From contig CBDCFW010000006.1 in NCBI GenBank assembly GCA_965216465.1, positions 1,184,001 through 1,248,000 of the forward strand: DNA of 64,000 nucleotides, read 5' to 3'. Position numbers and translations under genes: made by a program. The DNA comes from Bacteroidia bacterium. GTDB taxonomy: Bacteria > Bacteroidota > Bacteroidia > NS11-12g > UBA9320. Positions 20,301 through 30,956 of the stretch are shown here, piece by piece; positions within the stretch are counted from its first letter, which is position 1; the number at the start of each line of letters is the position of its first letter. The notes beneath the pieces are model-generated. The model saw only the letters and a list, made by a program, of their open reading frames with translations. It did no database searches and had not been told where the DNA came from.

Positions 20301-21179
20301 TTATTTAGTTGATTCGGTTTTGTGTGGACGTTTGTGTACTCCAAATATAGACAAGACTTCAAATAATTTTTGCTTCATATCCTTACGTTCCACAATAAAG
20401 TCAACAAATCCTTTCTCCTGTAAAAATTCTGACCTTTGGAAGCCTTCTGGAAGGTCTTTTCCGATGGTCTCTTTAATTACACGAGGACCAGCAAAACCAA
20501 TTAATGCTTTAGGCTCTGCAATGTTTATATCGCCTAACATAGCGTAAGATGCGGTAACCCCTCCGGTAGTAGGATCTGTTAAAATTGAGATGTAAGGAAG
20601 TTTAGCTTCATTTAGTAGTGCAAGCTTAGCTGAAGTTTTGGCCATCTGCATTAACGAAAATGCTGCTTCCATCATTCTAGCTCCACCACTTTTTGATATG
20701 ATAATCATCGGAATCTTCAATTCCAATGCCTTGTCTATTGCTCGAGCAATTTTTTCTCCTACAACCGATCCCATCGATCCACCGATAAAGCTAAAATCCA
20801 TAACAGCCATCGAAACTTTAAGACCATTGATTCGTCCGGTAGCCGTACGAACTGCGTCTTTTAAGCCACTTTTTCGAATCGAATTCTCAAGTCGTGATGG
20901 GTATGTTTTTGTATCTTCAAATTCTAAAGGATCTCCAGAAATCATATCGGCATCCATTTCCTTGAACTTCCCATCATCAAATAGGATAGAGAAGTATTCT
21001 TTAGACCCGATACGACCGTGATTGTTGCAGTGAGGACAAACCCAAAGGTTGTGTTCAAATTCCTTTGTGCTTGTTGGTTCCTTACACTCACCACACTTAT
21101 ACCATAAACCGTCTGGCGTAGGTTTTTTATCCTGTGTTTTGGTAAGGATTCCGTCTTTTACGCGCTTAAACCAACTCAT
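20301..21179 (-). CDS. accD: Acetyl-CoA carboxylase carboxyltransferase beta subunit
   Basis: WYKC..C / CPHC zinc finger, [38 protein letters not shown]. Confidence 0.97.
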   Translation of the reverse strand: MSWFKRVKDGILTKTQDKKPTPDGLWYKCGECKEPTSTKEFEHNLWVCPHCNNHGRIGSKEYFSILFDDGKFKEMDADMISGDPLEFEDTKTYPSRLENSIRKSGLKDAVRTATGRINGLKVSMAVMDFSFIGGSMGSVVGEKIARAIDKALELKIPMIIISKSGGARMMEAAFSLMQMAKTSAKLALLNEAKLPYISILTDPTTGGVTASYAMLGDINIAEPKALIGFAGPRVIKETIGKDLPEGFQRSEFLQEKGFVDFIVERKDMKQKLFEVLSIFGVHKRPHKTESTK

Positions 21180-21203
21180 TGTTTAAAAGCAAATGTATTA
21201 AAA

Positions 21204-22256
21204 TTATGCAATGGTAATGCTATTGTCAAGATATACATCCTGAATAGCATTAAGAATTTCAATTCCTTCGTTTAAAGGTTTTTGGAAGGCTTTTCTTCCT
21301 GAAATAAGTCCACAGCCACCAGCTCTTTTATTGATCACTGCAGTTTTAACAGCTTGAGCAAGGTCGTTCTCGCCAGAAGCTCCACCAGAGTTAATCAAAC
21401 CAATTTTACCCATGTAGCAGTTTGCCACTTGGTATCTGGTCAAATCAATAGGATTGTCTGAAGAAAGCTCTGAATAAACTTTAGGATGCGTTTTACCGTG
21501 CTTAGTTGCGTTATATCCACCGTTTAGTTCAGGAAGTTTTTGCTTGATGATATCTGCTTGAATAGTAACACCAATATGATTTGCTTGACCTGTAAGGTCA
21601 GCAGCAGTATGATAGTCAACTCCGTCTACTTTGAAACTACTGTTTCTTGTGTAGCACCAAAGAATGGTTGCCATACCCAACTCGTGAGCTCTTTCAAAAG
21701 CTTCAGCAACTTCAACTATTTGTCTTTCAGAATCTTCGCTACCAAAGTAAATAGTAGCACCAACTGCCACAGCTCCTAGATTCCAAGCTTCTTCAACTGT
21801 TCCAAACATGATTTGTTTGAAGGTATTTGGATAGCTGATGAACTCATTGTGGTTAATCTTAACTACAAAAGGAATTTTGTGAGCATACTTTCTAGAATTA
21901 GCAGCTAACACTCCATAAGTTGAAGCCACTGCATTACATCCTCCTTCAATTGCAAGGTTGATGATGTTTTCTGGATCAAAGTAATCTGGATTTGGAGCAA
22001 AACTTGCACCGCCACTGTGCTCAATACCTTGGTCTACGGGAAGTATTGATAAGTAACCAGTATCTGCAAGTCTTCCTGTGCCATAAAGTTGTTGCAAACT
22101 TCTTAGTACTTGAGGATTTCGATTGGTGTTGCCAAACATGTCAAAAACAGTGTTTGAAGATGGTAAGGCTAATCTACTTTTGTCTATTGTTTTACACTGG
22201 TGCGAAAGCAATGCTTCTCCCTCTGCACCTAAAAGATTTACAACGTTGTTACTCAT
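21204..22256 (-). CDS. fbaB: Class I fructose-bisphosphate aldolase (DhnA type)
   Basis: [37 protein letters not shown]. Confidence 0.95.
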   Translation of the reverse strand: MSNNVVNLLGAEGEALLSHQCKTIDKSRLALPSSNTVFDMFGNTNRNPQVLRSLQQLYGTGRLADTGYLSILPVDQGIEHSGGASFAPNPDYFDPENIINLAIEGGCNAVASTYGVLAANSRKYAHKIPFVVKINHNEFISYPNTFKQIMFGTVEEAWNLGAVAVGATIYFGSEDSERQIVEVAEAFERAHELGMATILWCYTRNSSFKVDGVDYHTAADLTGQANHIGVTIQADIIKQKLPELNGGYNATKHGKTHPKVYSELSSDNPIDLTRYQVANCYMGKIGLINSGGASGENDLAQAVKTAVINKRAGGCGLISGRKAFQKPLNEGIEILNAIQDVYLDNSITIA

Positions 22257-22317
22257 ATTAGTTTTATTCGATAAGGCCGCAAAATTACATTTTTTTTATT
22301 ACCTACCTTTGTCTTTG

Positions 22318-22749
22318 ATGAGCAAAAATTTAAAAGTAATAATTGCTAACTCAAACGAGCAACTTGAGGCTATTTTTAAGATAAGAAGGGAGGTGTTTGT
22401 TGAAGAACAAAAAGTGGATGAAGCAGAAGAATACGATGAGTTTGAAACATCAAGTACGCACTTGCTTGCCTTATACAATGATTACCCTGTTGGCACCTGT
22501 CGTTTTAGGAATACCGACAAAGGAATTAAACTAGAACGCTTTGCTGTGCTGAAATCTCATCGTGATAAAAGTGTAGGAAAAGCATTGGTAATGGCCACAC
22601 TTGATCAAGTAGATCTTAATCAATACATCTACCTGCATGCACAAATTCAAGTTGTTGATTTTTACAAAAAATATGGCTTTGTTGCTGTGGGAGATATGTT
22701 TGAAGAGGCAAACATAAAACACTATAAAATGGAGCTTACCTCAAAATAG
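22318..22749 (+). CDS. GNAT N-acetyltransferase (ElaA/YjcF-like)
   Basis: IRREVFVEEQ, LERFAVL, LHAQ....FYKKYGF, FEEANIKHYKM. ATG at 22318. Confidence 0.9.
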   Translation: MSKNLKVIIANSNEQLEAIFKIRREVFVEEQKVDEAEEYDEFETSSTHLLALYNDYPVGTCRFRNTDKGIKLERFAVLKSHRDKSVGKALVMATLDQVDLNQYIYLHAQIQVVDFYKKYGFVAVGDMFEEANIKHYKMELTSK

Positions 22750-24073
22750 CTTTAATCCACAAGGCAAGTCCTGTATCAGATAAATTCTCAAGTTCAGCCA
22801 GTGCTTCATCTTTCGAATCTAGTTTTCCGACACAAACGTAAAAACGCTCGGAGCTCTTAAGTATGAACGACTCAATTCCCTTAGCTTCTAGCTGTTGCAC
22901 ATAGGTGCTTGCTGAGCTTTCAAATACAAACGAACCCGCAATGATATAGTAGTCTTTGGGCAACTCAGGTTCTATGATCTTAATTGGGGTATCCACTTGT
23001 ACAGTGTCAGCTTCTACCACGTCAATAATCTCTTTGTCACTAACTGAATCTACTATCGTATCTTTGATAATCGTTTCGGCTATAACCTCTTCTTCAACCT
23101 CAATAGTATCCGCAGCTGTCACATCAGGTTTAGCAGGAATTACTATACTGTCACTTTGAACATCTTTTGTTTTCCTACGTGGTTGCCATCTTAACAACAC
23201 TTCATGCGTATTTCCGAGTTGACTTTTTTGATAGTGCGTGGTGATATCGTAGGCGTAACCTATCGTCATACTTTGGGCAATGTTGATGCCTAACATGCTC
23301 GAAAACGACATCCCATCTCTATAAGCTATTCCCGCGTACCACTTTTCTTTCCAGTTTAAGGTTAAATTCAAGTCTGTTTGCCCTGGAGCACCAAAAGTTT
23401 TACGATATAGGAGGTAGGGGTCGAGTCTAACTTCATTTCCTAAGTCAAAGGAGTAATTCATGTTGAACATCCAGTGCTGGGCAAGGTTATGTAAACTTGG
23501 AAGACTTGAGTTGACATAAGAAGCATTCTCATTCAAGATCTGGAGACTGGATAGTCCCATTTGAAAGTTTCCAAAGTCCATTTGAACTCCAGCATTCCCG
23601 TCGATATAGGTGCCGTTCTGATTTATTAAGGCTGTAAAACTCGGATCCGTTGGATCTATTAAATGAAAATCTTCCTGATTAAATCGCTGATTTATGGCTG
23701 CAATCCCAATTCCGAAGCTAAGCGTTTTGTAGTTACCTAAAGGAATATGGTAGGCATAACTAGCCTGAATACTATTGTTGGTTGTCCAGTTTTGTTGATC
23801 TTGATGTGCGTACAGGCCAAATGCACTTCGGGCTGCTTGTGACCTTGCTTGAAATGCAAATGCTTTGGTTTCGATGGGTCGAGCTAGGCTAGAAAATTGG
23901 CGCCTTCCAATTAAGCTGGCACTAATTTCAGTTCCAATGCTGGTCTGAGCAGGGTTGTAAATAAATTGATTGAAGTAGTACTGGCTGTACAAGGGGATTT
24001 GTTGGGCCACAGTTGCAATGGATGTAACAACTACAATCAAACACAAGAGATATCTTAGTTGAGCTCTTACCAT
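22736..24073 (-). CDS. PorP/SprF family T9SS membrane protein with C-terminal SPOR domain
   Basis: QQIPLYSQYYFNQFIYNPA, IGYAYD, THEV barrel motifs; acidic linker; YYIIAGSF...G..FYVCVG SPOR-like tail. Confidence 0.88.
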   Translation of the reverse strand: MVRAQLRYLLCLIVVVTSIATVAQQIPLYSQYYFNQFIYNPAQTSIGTEISASLIGRRQFSSLARPIETKAFAFQARSQAARSAFGLYAHQDQQNWTTNNSIQASYAYHIPLGNYKTLSFGIGIAAINQRFNQEDFHLIDPTDPSFTALINQNGTYIDGNAGVQMDFGNFQMGLSSLQILNENASYVNSSLPSLHNLAQHWMFNMNYSFDLGNEVRLDPYLLYRKTFGAPGQTDLNLTLNWKEKWYAGIAYRDGMSFSSMLGINIAQSMTIGYAYDITTHYQKSQLGNTHEVLLRWQPRRKTKDVQSDSIVIPAKPDVTAADTIEVEEEVIAETIIKDTIVDSVSDKEIIDVVEADTVQVDTPIKIIEPELPKDYYIIAGSFVFESSASTYVQQLEAKGIESFILKSSERFYVCVGKLDSKDEALAELENLSDTGLALWIKAILR

Positions 24074-25353
24074 GTTTGTTTTCTGGCTATTTCTAGGCTG
24101 CCTTTTAGCACTCCAAGATCCGGATTGTAAAACTTGATGATGTATACATACGTGCCATCAGGAAGAATGCTTCCCTTGAAGTTTCCGTCCCATTGATGGT
24201 CGTATTGCTCAGAATGAAATACTTCCCAGCCCCAACGGTTAAAGACAAATACTTCAGCACTATCAATATTTGGGACATCTCTCAGGTCCCAAACATCATT
24301 CTTGCCGTCGTTGTTTGGCGAGATGAAGTTATGAACGGGAATAATATCCTGGATTACCTTGACTACAACTGAGTCTTGATCTGAACAGCCAAACTCATTC
24401 CAAACGGTCAGTCTGTACATTGTAGTTTCAGTAGGATTGGCAATTGGATCGGCTTTGCTAGTATCTGAAAGCGATAAACTTGGATTCCAACTATAACTTT
24501 GACCTCCTGATCCATCAAGTTTGATGGATTCTCCAACATTAATTACTTTCTTTTCTCCTGCTTCAGCAATAGGGTTTGGCTTCTCTCTAACTTCAATGCT
24601 ATCTTCGGTAAAGCATGCATTGCTATTGGTGCCAACCACTGAATAAGTTCCTTCCTGTATTATTATTCTTGAGGTTTGGCTAGTGCCATTATCCCACAAA
24701 TAGTCTGAAGCTCCTGCAACCTCCAATTCAACAGATTTTCCTTCACATAAAAATGCTGGGTGAGCAGGGGTAAACGTTATTACAGGTTTGTAGGTATATT
24801 CTATCGTGTCTTTATAATTTGCCGAGCAAGATTTATCAGACTCTAAGTCTAGATTGATTGCATAGGTTCCAACCAAAGCAGGTGCGTGGGAATATGCTGC
24901 ATTTGCATTTGTTGTACCATCTATACTCCATTCACGGTAAACAATGGTGCCTTCAGCTAGGGTGCTGTTATCGATCAGTTGAATAGCAAATGGGAAGCAG
25001 GGAACTGTGATGTCAACTTCAATTTGCGGTTTTGCATGAACAATGATGTTTCTGCTAATCGAGTCCGAAAATCCAAGGTTATTGGTTACAACAAGTTTTA
25101 CCCAATAGCTGCCGTGTTGATCGAAAGTGTAGCTTGGATTTTTGAGGGATGAAGTATCTGAATTGCTATTGTCGCCAAAATCCCAAGAATACTCAACAAT
25201 GGGGTTTGATCCTTGAAAAGATTCGTCGACAAAACTCACAGGAGCCATCTCACAGGCATTTGAGAAGCTGAACTTTGCAGTTGGAGCTTGTGCTAATGCT
25301 AGCAGTGAGGGTAAAATGAAAGTCAGTGTCCAAAGACTCCTTAAGTTTTTCAT
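24067..25353 (-). CDS. PKD-domain protein with T9SS type B (gliding motility-associated) C-terminal domain
   Basis: YSWDFGD PKD; NFISPNNDGKNDVW, VFNRWG, WDG, LPDGTYVY. Confidence 0.9.
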   Translation of the reverse strand: MKNLRSLWTLTFILPSLLALAQAPTAKFSFSNACEMAPVSFVDESFQGSNPIVEYSWDFGDNSNSDTSSLKNPSYTFDQHGSYWVKLVVTNNLGFSDSISRNIIVHAKPQIEVDITVPCFPFAIQLIDNSTLAEGTIVYREWSIDGTTNANAAYSHAPALVGTYAINLDLESDKSCSANYKDTIEYTYKPVITFTPAHPAFLCEGKSVELEVAGASDYLWDNGTSQTSRIIIQEGTYSVVGTNSNACFTEDSIEVREKPNPIAEAGEKKVINVGESIKLDGSGGQSYSWNPSLSLSDTSKADPIANPTETTMYRLTVWNEFGCSDQDSVVVKVIQDIIPVHNFISPNNDGKNDVWDLRDVPNIDSAEVFVFNRWGWEVFHSEQYDHQWDGNFKGSILPDGTYVYIIKFYNPDLGVLKGSLEIARKQTW

Positions 25354-25423
25354 CGGTATTAATTCACAAATTAACTATACACACCTTAAACTTTATAAGC
25401 CTCAGTGTCGATGTGTCGACAAT

Positions 25424-27256
25424 TTACTTCATAACCGCCTGAGCAGGATTCATATGTTTTCCTAAGAATCGTTCCATAGCTTCATAGAACTCAAATCGAT
25501 TTTCTTCATTATGAAAACCATGACCTTCGTTGTCTTTCACCAAATATTCTACATCTACACCTCTTTCTTTCATTGCCTCAACCATTTGATCACTTTCTGA
25601 TTTTTTTACTCGAGGATCATTAGCCCCTTGAGCAATAAAAAGAGGGGCTGTAATTCGTTCAGCCTGCAAGGATGGGGAATAAGCGGCAAGCATTTCCGCA
25701 TCGGTTTCGGGATGTCCTACCATTTCATACAGCATCTCTAAGAACTGGGTCCAATAAGGCGGAATGGTTTCCATAAAGGTAAAAAGGTTTGAGACTCCAA
25801 CATAGTCAATACCGCATGCATAGAGATCAGGAGTAAATGTTAGTCCAGCTAAAGTGGCATAACCACCGTAACTTCCACCATAGATAGCTATTCTATTTGC
25901 ATCTGCAATTCCTTGTTCAATCAGCCAGTTTGCACCATCGGTAACATCATCTTGCATGGTCTGACCCCATTGTTTGAAGCTTGCTTCCCAGAATTCTCTA
26001 CCGTAACTGATGCTGCCTCTAAAGTTCATTTGTAAAACAGCATAACCTCTATTTGCTAGGAATTGTATCTCTGGGTTAAAACCCCAATAGTCTCGTGCCC
26101 AAGGGCCACCGTGTGGGTTAATGACAACAGGTAAATTTTTCGCTTCAATACCTTTTGGCAATGTCAGATATCCATGAATAGTTAAGCCGTCTCTAGATTT
26201 GTAGGTGATTGGATTCATATCGGCCATATCTTCCTCGTTCATCCAAGGACTAAGTTCTGCAATTTTTGTAAGGGCCTTTGAATCCTTGTTATAAAAATAG
26301 TAGGCTCCTCTGCTTTTGTCGGAATAAGTTCTAACGATGTACTTGTTTTCTTCCTTATTGACAGAAGTGACAGCAACTTCGTAACCAGGAAGTTTAGCTT
26401 GTAAATCTTGGTAAGTAGCTTCTGATTCTGAGTCGAAATAATGTCTTTCAGCTTTTTCGCCATACCAACGGGCACTTGTTATTACTTTCTTCTTTCTGCT
26501 GTATCCAAGTCCATCTACATCGTTGTAATCATCTGAAAAAAGTTCCTCGATTTCTTCACCTTTCTCCATGTCAAACTTTACAATAGCACTTTTATCTCTT
26601 CCTAAATTAGAACTGCCATAAACCACACTTCCATTATCAAAATCAAAGAATTGTGGATTAAAGCTTTCTTTGAAGTTAGTAGTTAGAACTGGTTTAAAAT
26701 TTTCTTCTTCTGTTCCTCGATACATTAATGTGGTATTAACACCATCTGTAGTTGAGGCGATTCTTAGCTTCCCATTGTGATCGGTCATCCATGTGCTAAT
26801 GTTTCCAGGGTTTTCAGCTATCAAAGTTTGTTCACCGGTATTTACATTTAATCGATACGCATCAAATATTTCAGGTATGCGTTTGTTAGACCCAATGATT
26901 ACAAATTCTGGAATATCTTCAAGGTCATCGATTATTTGAATTTTAACGCCAGGGTCGGTTAGCATAATGAGATTTTCACCGTTTCGATCAACGCCATAAA
27001 GTGCAAAATTTTCGTCTCCGCCATCATCTTTCAAATACAGCAAACGGTCATCTGTCACCCAAAAATATCCGGCGATGTCTCTGTCGGTTTCTTGCGTAAG
27101 CATTTGGATGTCTTGTTCTCCAATTTTTTGAACATGAATGTTCATTCGGTTCTCATAAGGAGCCATGTATGCCAAATATTCACCATTCGGAGAAATTTTA
27201 AATGCCGTCTTTTCTGAGTTTCTAAAAAAATCTTGAAGTTCTATTTTGGGTGCCAT
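25424..27256 (-). CDS. S9 family peptidase (prolyl oligopeptidase/acylaminoacyl peptidase)
   Basis: PHGGPW, GGSYGGY nucleophile, QGANDPRV, EGHGF. Confidence 0.93.
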   Translation of the reverse strand: MAPKIELQDFFRNSEKTAFKISPNGEYLAYMAPYENRMNIHVQKIGEQDIQMLTQETDRDIAGYFWVTDDRLLYLKDDGGDENFALYGVDRNGENLIMLTDPGVKIQIIDDLEDIPEFVIIGSNKRIPEIFDAYRLNVNTGEQTLIAENPGNISTWMTDHNGKLRIASTTDGVNTTLMYRGTEEENFKPVLTTNFKESFNPQFFDFDNGSVVYGSSNLGRDKSAIVKFDMEKGEEIEELFSDDYNDVDGLGYSRKKKVITSARWYGEKAERHYFDSESEATYQDLQAKLPGYEVAVTSVNKEENKYIVRTYSDKSRGAYYFYNKDSKALTKIAELSPWMNEEDMADMNPITYKSRDGLTIHGYLTLPKGIEAKNLPVVINPHGGPWARDYWGFNPEIQFLANRGYAVLQMNFRGSISYGREFWEASFKQWGQTMQDDVTDGANWLIEQGIADANRIAIYGGSYGGYATLAGLTFTPDLYACGIDYVGVSNLFTFMETIPPYWTQFLEMLYEMVGHPETDAEMLAAYSPSLQAERITAPLFIAQGANDPRVKKSESDQMVEAMKERGVDVEYLVKDNEGHGFHNEENRFEFYEAMERFLGKHMNPAQAVMK

Positions 27257-27453
27257 TATGTATGTTGTAGTTTATATCTTTTATCCTGAACGAGCAACAA
27301 AGCTAAGCGTTCTGGTTCACGAAAATAATGCTTATATCCGCTATTGAATAAATCTAACAAACAACTGAGGTATAAGTTTAAGGAATATTCGACCAAAGAA
27401 AAGGCTTACCGCACAAGACTTTGTTATTTTTGCTTCGTTGTAAGAAAAGCAAA

Positions 27454-28464
27454 ATGTCGAAAAAGATACTTGTTACAGGCGGACTAGGGTACATTGGAAG
27501 TCATACCGTTGTAGAACTTATAAATGAAGGCTTTGATGTAGTGGTTATTGATAATTTGAGCAATTCAAAAATTGAGGTTAAATCAAGAATTGAATCAATT
27601 GTTAATCGTGAAATTGAGGTTGTTGTAGATGATGTAAATAACAAGGAGTCGTTATTTACATTATTTGAAAAGCATGCGTTTGCCGGAGTAGTTCATTTTG
27701 CAGCGAGTAAGGCTGTAGGGGAGTCGGTTGAGATTCCTGTACACTATTATCACAATAATATATCTGGACTAATTACGCTGTTGGCAGCAATTGAAAAGTA
27801 CCAAGTGCGAAGCCTTATATTTTCTTCTTCGTGTACAGTCTATGGCACGACAAAAGATTTGCCAGTTACTGAAGAAAGTCCAGTGATGAAGGCTGATAGT
27901 CCTTATGGTACAACAAAAATTATATGTGAAGAGATAATAAATGATTTTGCACAACATAAATCGATTAAAGCGGTACACCTACGCTATTTTAATCCTGTGG
28001 GAGCTCATCCTACAGCAAAAATTGGTGAATTACCAATAGGAGTACCAAACAACTTAATACCTTTTGTTACCCAAACGGCGGCAGGATTGCGTAAAGAATT
28101 AACTGTGTTTGGAGATGACTACAACACTAGCGACGGAACGTGCATTCGCGATTATATTCATGTGGTTGACTTGGCTAAGGCTCATGTTAAAGCTATTAAT
28201 TATGCGTCTACAATGGAAGAGAATGTTGATGTTTTCAATGTTGGAACGGGAAATGGAAATACTGTTCTTGAAGTAGTCAATGCATTTAAAGAAGCCAACG
28301 GTGTTGATTTGAACTACAAGATTGGTGAGCGCAGAGCTGGTGATGTTGAACAAATATGGTCGGATACCACAAAGGTGAATAAGGTTTTAGGATGGTCACA
28401 TCAATACAATCTAAGTGATATGATGAAGCATGCTTGGCAGTGGCAGCAAAGCTTAGAGGCTTAA
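27454..28464 (+). CDS. galE: UDP-glucose 4-epimerase
   Basis: VTGGLGYIGSHT, KAVGES, FSSSCTVYG, SPYGTTK, LRYFNP, RDYIHVVDLA. Confidence 0.96.
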   Translation: MSKKILVTGGLGYIGSHTVVELINEGFDVVVIDNLSNSKIEVKSRIESIVNREIEVVVDDVNNKESLFTLFEKHAFAGVVHFAASKAVGESVEIPVHYYHNNISGLITLLAAIEKYQVRSLIFSSSCTVYGTTKDLPVTEESPVMKADSPYGTTKIICEEIINDFAQHKSIKAVHLRYFNPVGAHPTAKIGELPIGVPNNLIPFVTQTAAGLRKELTVFGDDYNTSDGTCIRDYIHVVDLAKAHVKAINYASTMEENVDVFNVGTGNGNTVLEVVNAFKEANGVDLNYKIGERRAGDVEQIWSDTTKVNKVLGWSHQYNLSDMMKHAWQWQQSLEA

Positions 28465-28468
28465 CTCG

Positions 28469-28894
28469 TTACCAAACAAATGGAATCAATCTCTTCTTAG
28501 TTTTTTTCATAAACTCTGCATATTCTGGGTGCTTGCTTTTTAAGGCAGATTCTTCATAAACAATCTTTACAATCAGAGTGAGGGTCAAAATAGCTAAAGT
28601 GATGTAAGAAAACAAAGTTGATGATCGCAAGGCTATTGGAATAAAAAACAATAGCAAAGCACTGTACATAGGGTGACGAATGATGGCATAAGGTCCAGAA
28701 CTTTCAATTGTGCTATCTGGGTTAGGGGAGTAGTAAACGCTCCAATTATTCATTTTGATAGCTTTGATTGACCAGAATCCCAAGTATAATCCGAGCACCT
28801 GAAAAAGCAATACGACATCGAGTTGGAAAAGACCTCCGTTAAGTATTAATGCGGTAATGCTACCAAATTGTAAAAAGACTAGAATCTGCTTCAT
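28469..28894 (-). CDS. Isoprenylcysteine carboxyl methyltransferase/PEMT-family membrane protein
   Basis: GPYAIIRHPMYS, YEESAL...Y, RLIPFVW. Confidence 0.85.
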   Translation of the reverse strand: MKQILVFLQFGSITALILNGGLFQLDVVLLFQVLGLYLGFWSIKAIKMNNWSVYYSPNPDSTIESSGPYAIIRHPMYSALLLFFIPIALRSSTLFSYITLAILTLTLIVKIVYEESALKSKHPEYAEFMKKTKKRLIPFVW

Positions 28895-28940
28895 AAGCTA
28901 TAAAGATTGCAAGTTAAAAACTTTAATTTTACCTACACCC

Positions 28941-28966
28941 AACCATTTACACGATTACTCCGTATA
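28941..28966 (+). promoter_or_regulatory. Putative ECF-sigma promoter upstream of the PKD gene
   Basis: CAACC (-35) and CCGTAT (-10) match the generic ECF AAC/CGT pattern; an ECF gene lies just downstream of the PKD gene. Confidence 0.45.
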
Positions 28967-28990
28967 TGGTATCAAACGATATTAAATTTT

Positions 28991-30907
28991 ATGAAAAAAC
29001 TGATTAAAACGCTCATGCTCTTTTCTTTGGTCCTATTAGGCCAAGGTTTATATGCACAATGTACGGCATCTTTTATGTACATTCAGTCTGGAGATACAAT
29101 CGTATTTGTAGATAGCTCGATGTCACAGAACGGCCATACAACAACATGGATTTTTGGAGATGGATCAACAGGAACTGGTTCTACAGTAACTCATGTATAC
29201 AGTACAACAACGACTAATTACTTCACGGCTTGTGTGGTAATTTACGACTCTGCTGCAAGCTGCATGGATTCAATTTGTCAGCAAATCGTGATACCAAATA
29301 CACGATCTACATGCGTTGCGAATTTTACAACAAGTGTTAACGGTGATACTGTTCAGTTTACGAATACTTCAACAGGAGGGGCTTCGTATTCTTGGTCATT
29401 TGGAAATGGTGCAACATCCACCGCAACCAATCCGACCTATGCTTATGGTACACCTACTGGTGGAACAATGAGCTACGGAGTATGCTTGCGTGTTTTAGAT
29501 TCATCAGGAAATGTTTGCGATTCGATTTGTAAATATGTGACAATATCTGGAAGTTCAAGTTGTAGCCCAAGTTTTCAATTTGCCCAAGATTCAGGCAACA
29601 GTTACAAGTACTATTTTTATGGAAGCACTCCTCCAGCTGGAGGATCTGCTCAATGGATAATTAACGATGGCAGTTACCATTATTACAATGGTCAAAATGC
29701 AACTCATACATTTAATACAACTGCAAGCTCTGCATGGGTAGCCTATTATCTCTATGATTCTTCAAGAGCGTTTTGTGATTCTACTTCAATGTTTATTAGT
29801 TTGGTTAACACGCCTAATTGTTCGGCATACTGGACTTACCGTAACATTGGAGGAGACAGTATAATAAGTACAACCAATGGGTCAAGCTTGCCATCAGGGG
29901 GAAGTTATTTATGGGACTTTGGAGATGGAAATACTTCTACAGCGACCAGTCCAACTCATTCTTATGTATACTCAGCGAATACAGTTACATATGTTGCTTG
30001 CCTTAAGGTTTTAGACAGTTCTGGAGCGGTATGTGATTCGTTCTGTAGATATATCACAGTAAGAGGATTTAATTCTACTTCGTGCACAGCATCATTAGAC
30101 TATACAATTAGTGGAGATACCATCGTATTTACAGATTCATCAGCTTCTGTAAATGGACATACTGCATACTGGTATATTAATGGAGCGTCTTACACCGGAT
30201 CTACTGTAACTTATGTTTACAACTCGACCGGAGCTGGATATGTTTCTGCCTGCTTAGTAATCAATGATTCAGTGGCAAACTGTTGGGACTCTACTTGCAT
30301 CAATATCTTTATGCAATCACCGAGAAATTGCCAAGCTTCATTCTATGTAGGATTAGATACTACGAATACATACACTATTTATATTATCAATAACAGCACA
30401 GGGACAACAGCCTATACCAGCTATTTGTGGACTTTTGGCGATGGAGACTCTTCGACTTTGCAAAACCCTACGCATGACTACGATAGTTTTGGGCTGTTTA
30501 ACTTGTGTTTAACGATTTCTGATTCGAATTGTACAAGTACGTACTGCGATTCAATTGGCTTAGACTCAAATGGCAACTTGCTAAAACTAGATGGATTTAA
30601 AATCATAGTAGTAAATGAAGATGATTTAACGAGCGTTAATGATCCTGAAAAAGTGAGCAAATTGAATGTATATCCAAACCCATCGAGTGGCGTGGTAAAC
30701 CTTGAATTTGAAGCTACAAGTTCAGAAAATGCAAGAATTCAGGTTATTGATGCAATGGGACGAGAAGTGATTAGTCAAGAGAAGTTTGTGACCGGTGGAA
30801 ACAACGAAATTGAATTAAACTTGAATGAGGTAAGCGAAGGTTTATACTTTATTAAGATTAACGTAGGCAACTATAATGCCTGTAAAAGAGTCTTATTAAG
30901 TAGGTAA
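28991..30907 (+). CDS. Cys-rich PKD-repeat protein with T9SS type A CTD
   Basis: Six C.A.F...W.FG.G...C...C.S.C repeats; NVYPNPSSG CTD; signal peptide MKKLIK...YAQ. Confidence 0.9.
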   Translation: MKKLIKTLMLFSLVLLGQGLYAQCTASFMYIQSGDTIVFVDSSMSQNGHTTTWIFGDGSTGTGSTVTHVYSTTTTNYFTACVVIYDSAASCMDSICQQIVIPNTRSTCVANFTTSVNGDTVQFTNTSTGGASYSWSFGNGATSTATNPTYAYGTPTGGTMSYGVCLRVLDSSGNVCDSICKYVTISGSSSCSPSFQFAQDSGNSYKYYFYGSTPPAGGSAQWIINDGSYHYYNGQNATHTFNTTASSAWVAYYLYDSSRAFCDSTSMFISLVNTPNCSAYWTYRNIGGDSIISTTNGSSLPSGGSYLWDFGDGNTSTATSPTHSYVYSANTVTYVACLKVLDSSGAVCDSFCRYITVRGFNSTSCTASLDYTISGDTIVFTDSSASVNGHTAYWYINGASYTGSTVTYVYNSTGAGYVSACLVINDSVANCWDSTCINIFMQSPRNCQASFYVGLDTTNTYTIYIINNSTGTTAYTSYLWTFGDGDSSTLQNPTHDYDSFGLFNLCLTISDSNCTSTYCDSIGLDSNGNLLKLDGFKIIVVNEDDLTSVNDPEKVSKLNVYPNPSSGVVNLEFEATSSENARIQVIDAMGREVISQEKFVTGGNNEIELNLNEVSEGLYFIKINVGNYNACKRVLLSR

Positions 30908-30923
30908 CTAAAAGCAAATATAT

Positions 30924-30956
30924 AAAAGAGGGCTACGCGGTTGTAGTCCTCTTTTT
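30924..30956 (+). terminator. Intrinsic terminator
   Basis: AAAAGAGGGCTAC-gcggtt-GTAGTCCTCTTTTT. Confidence 0.8.

Noticed and set aside
25404-25422. Short inverted repeat TGTCGA-TGTG-TCGACA after the S9 peptidase
   Set aside because: The stem is short with no U-tract, too weak to call a terminator or operator.
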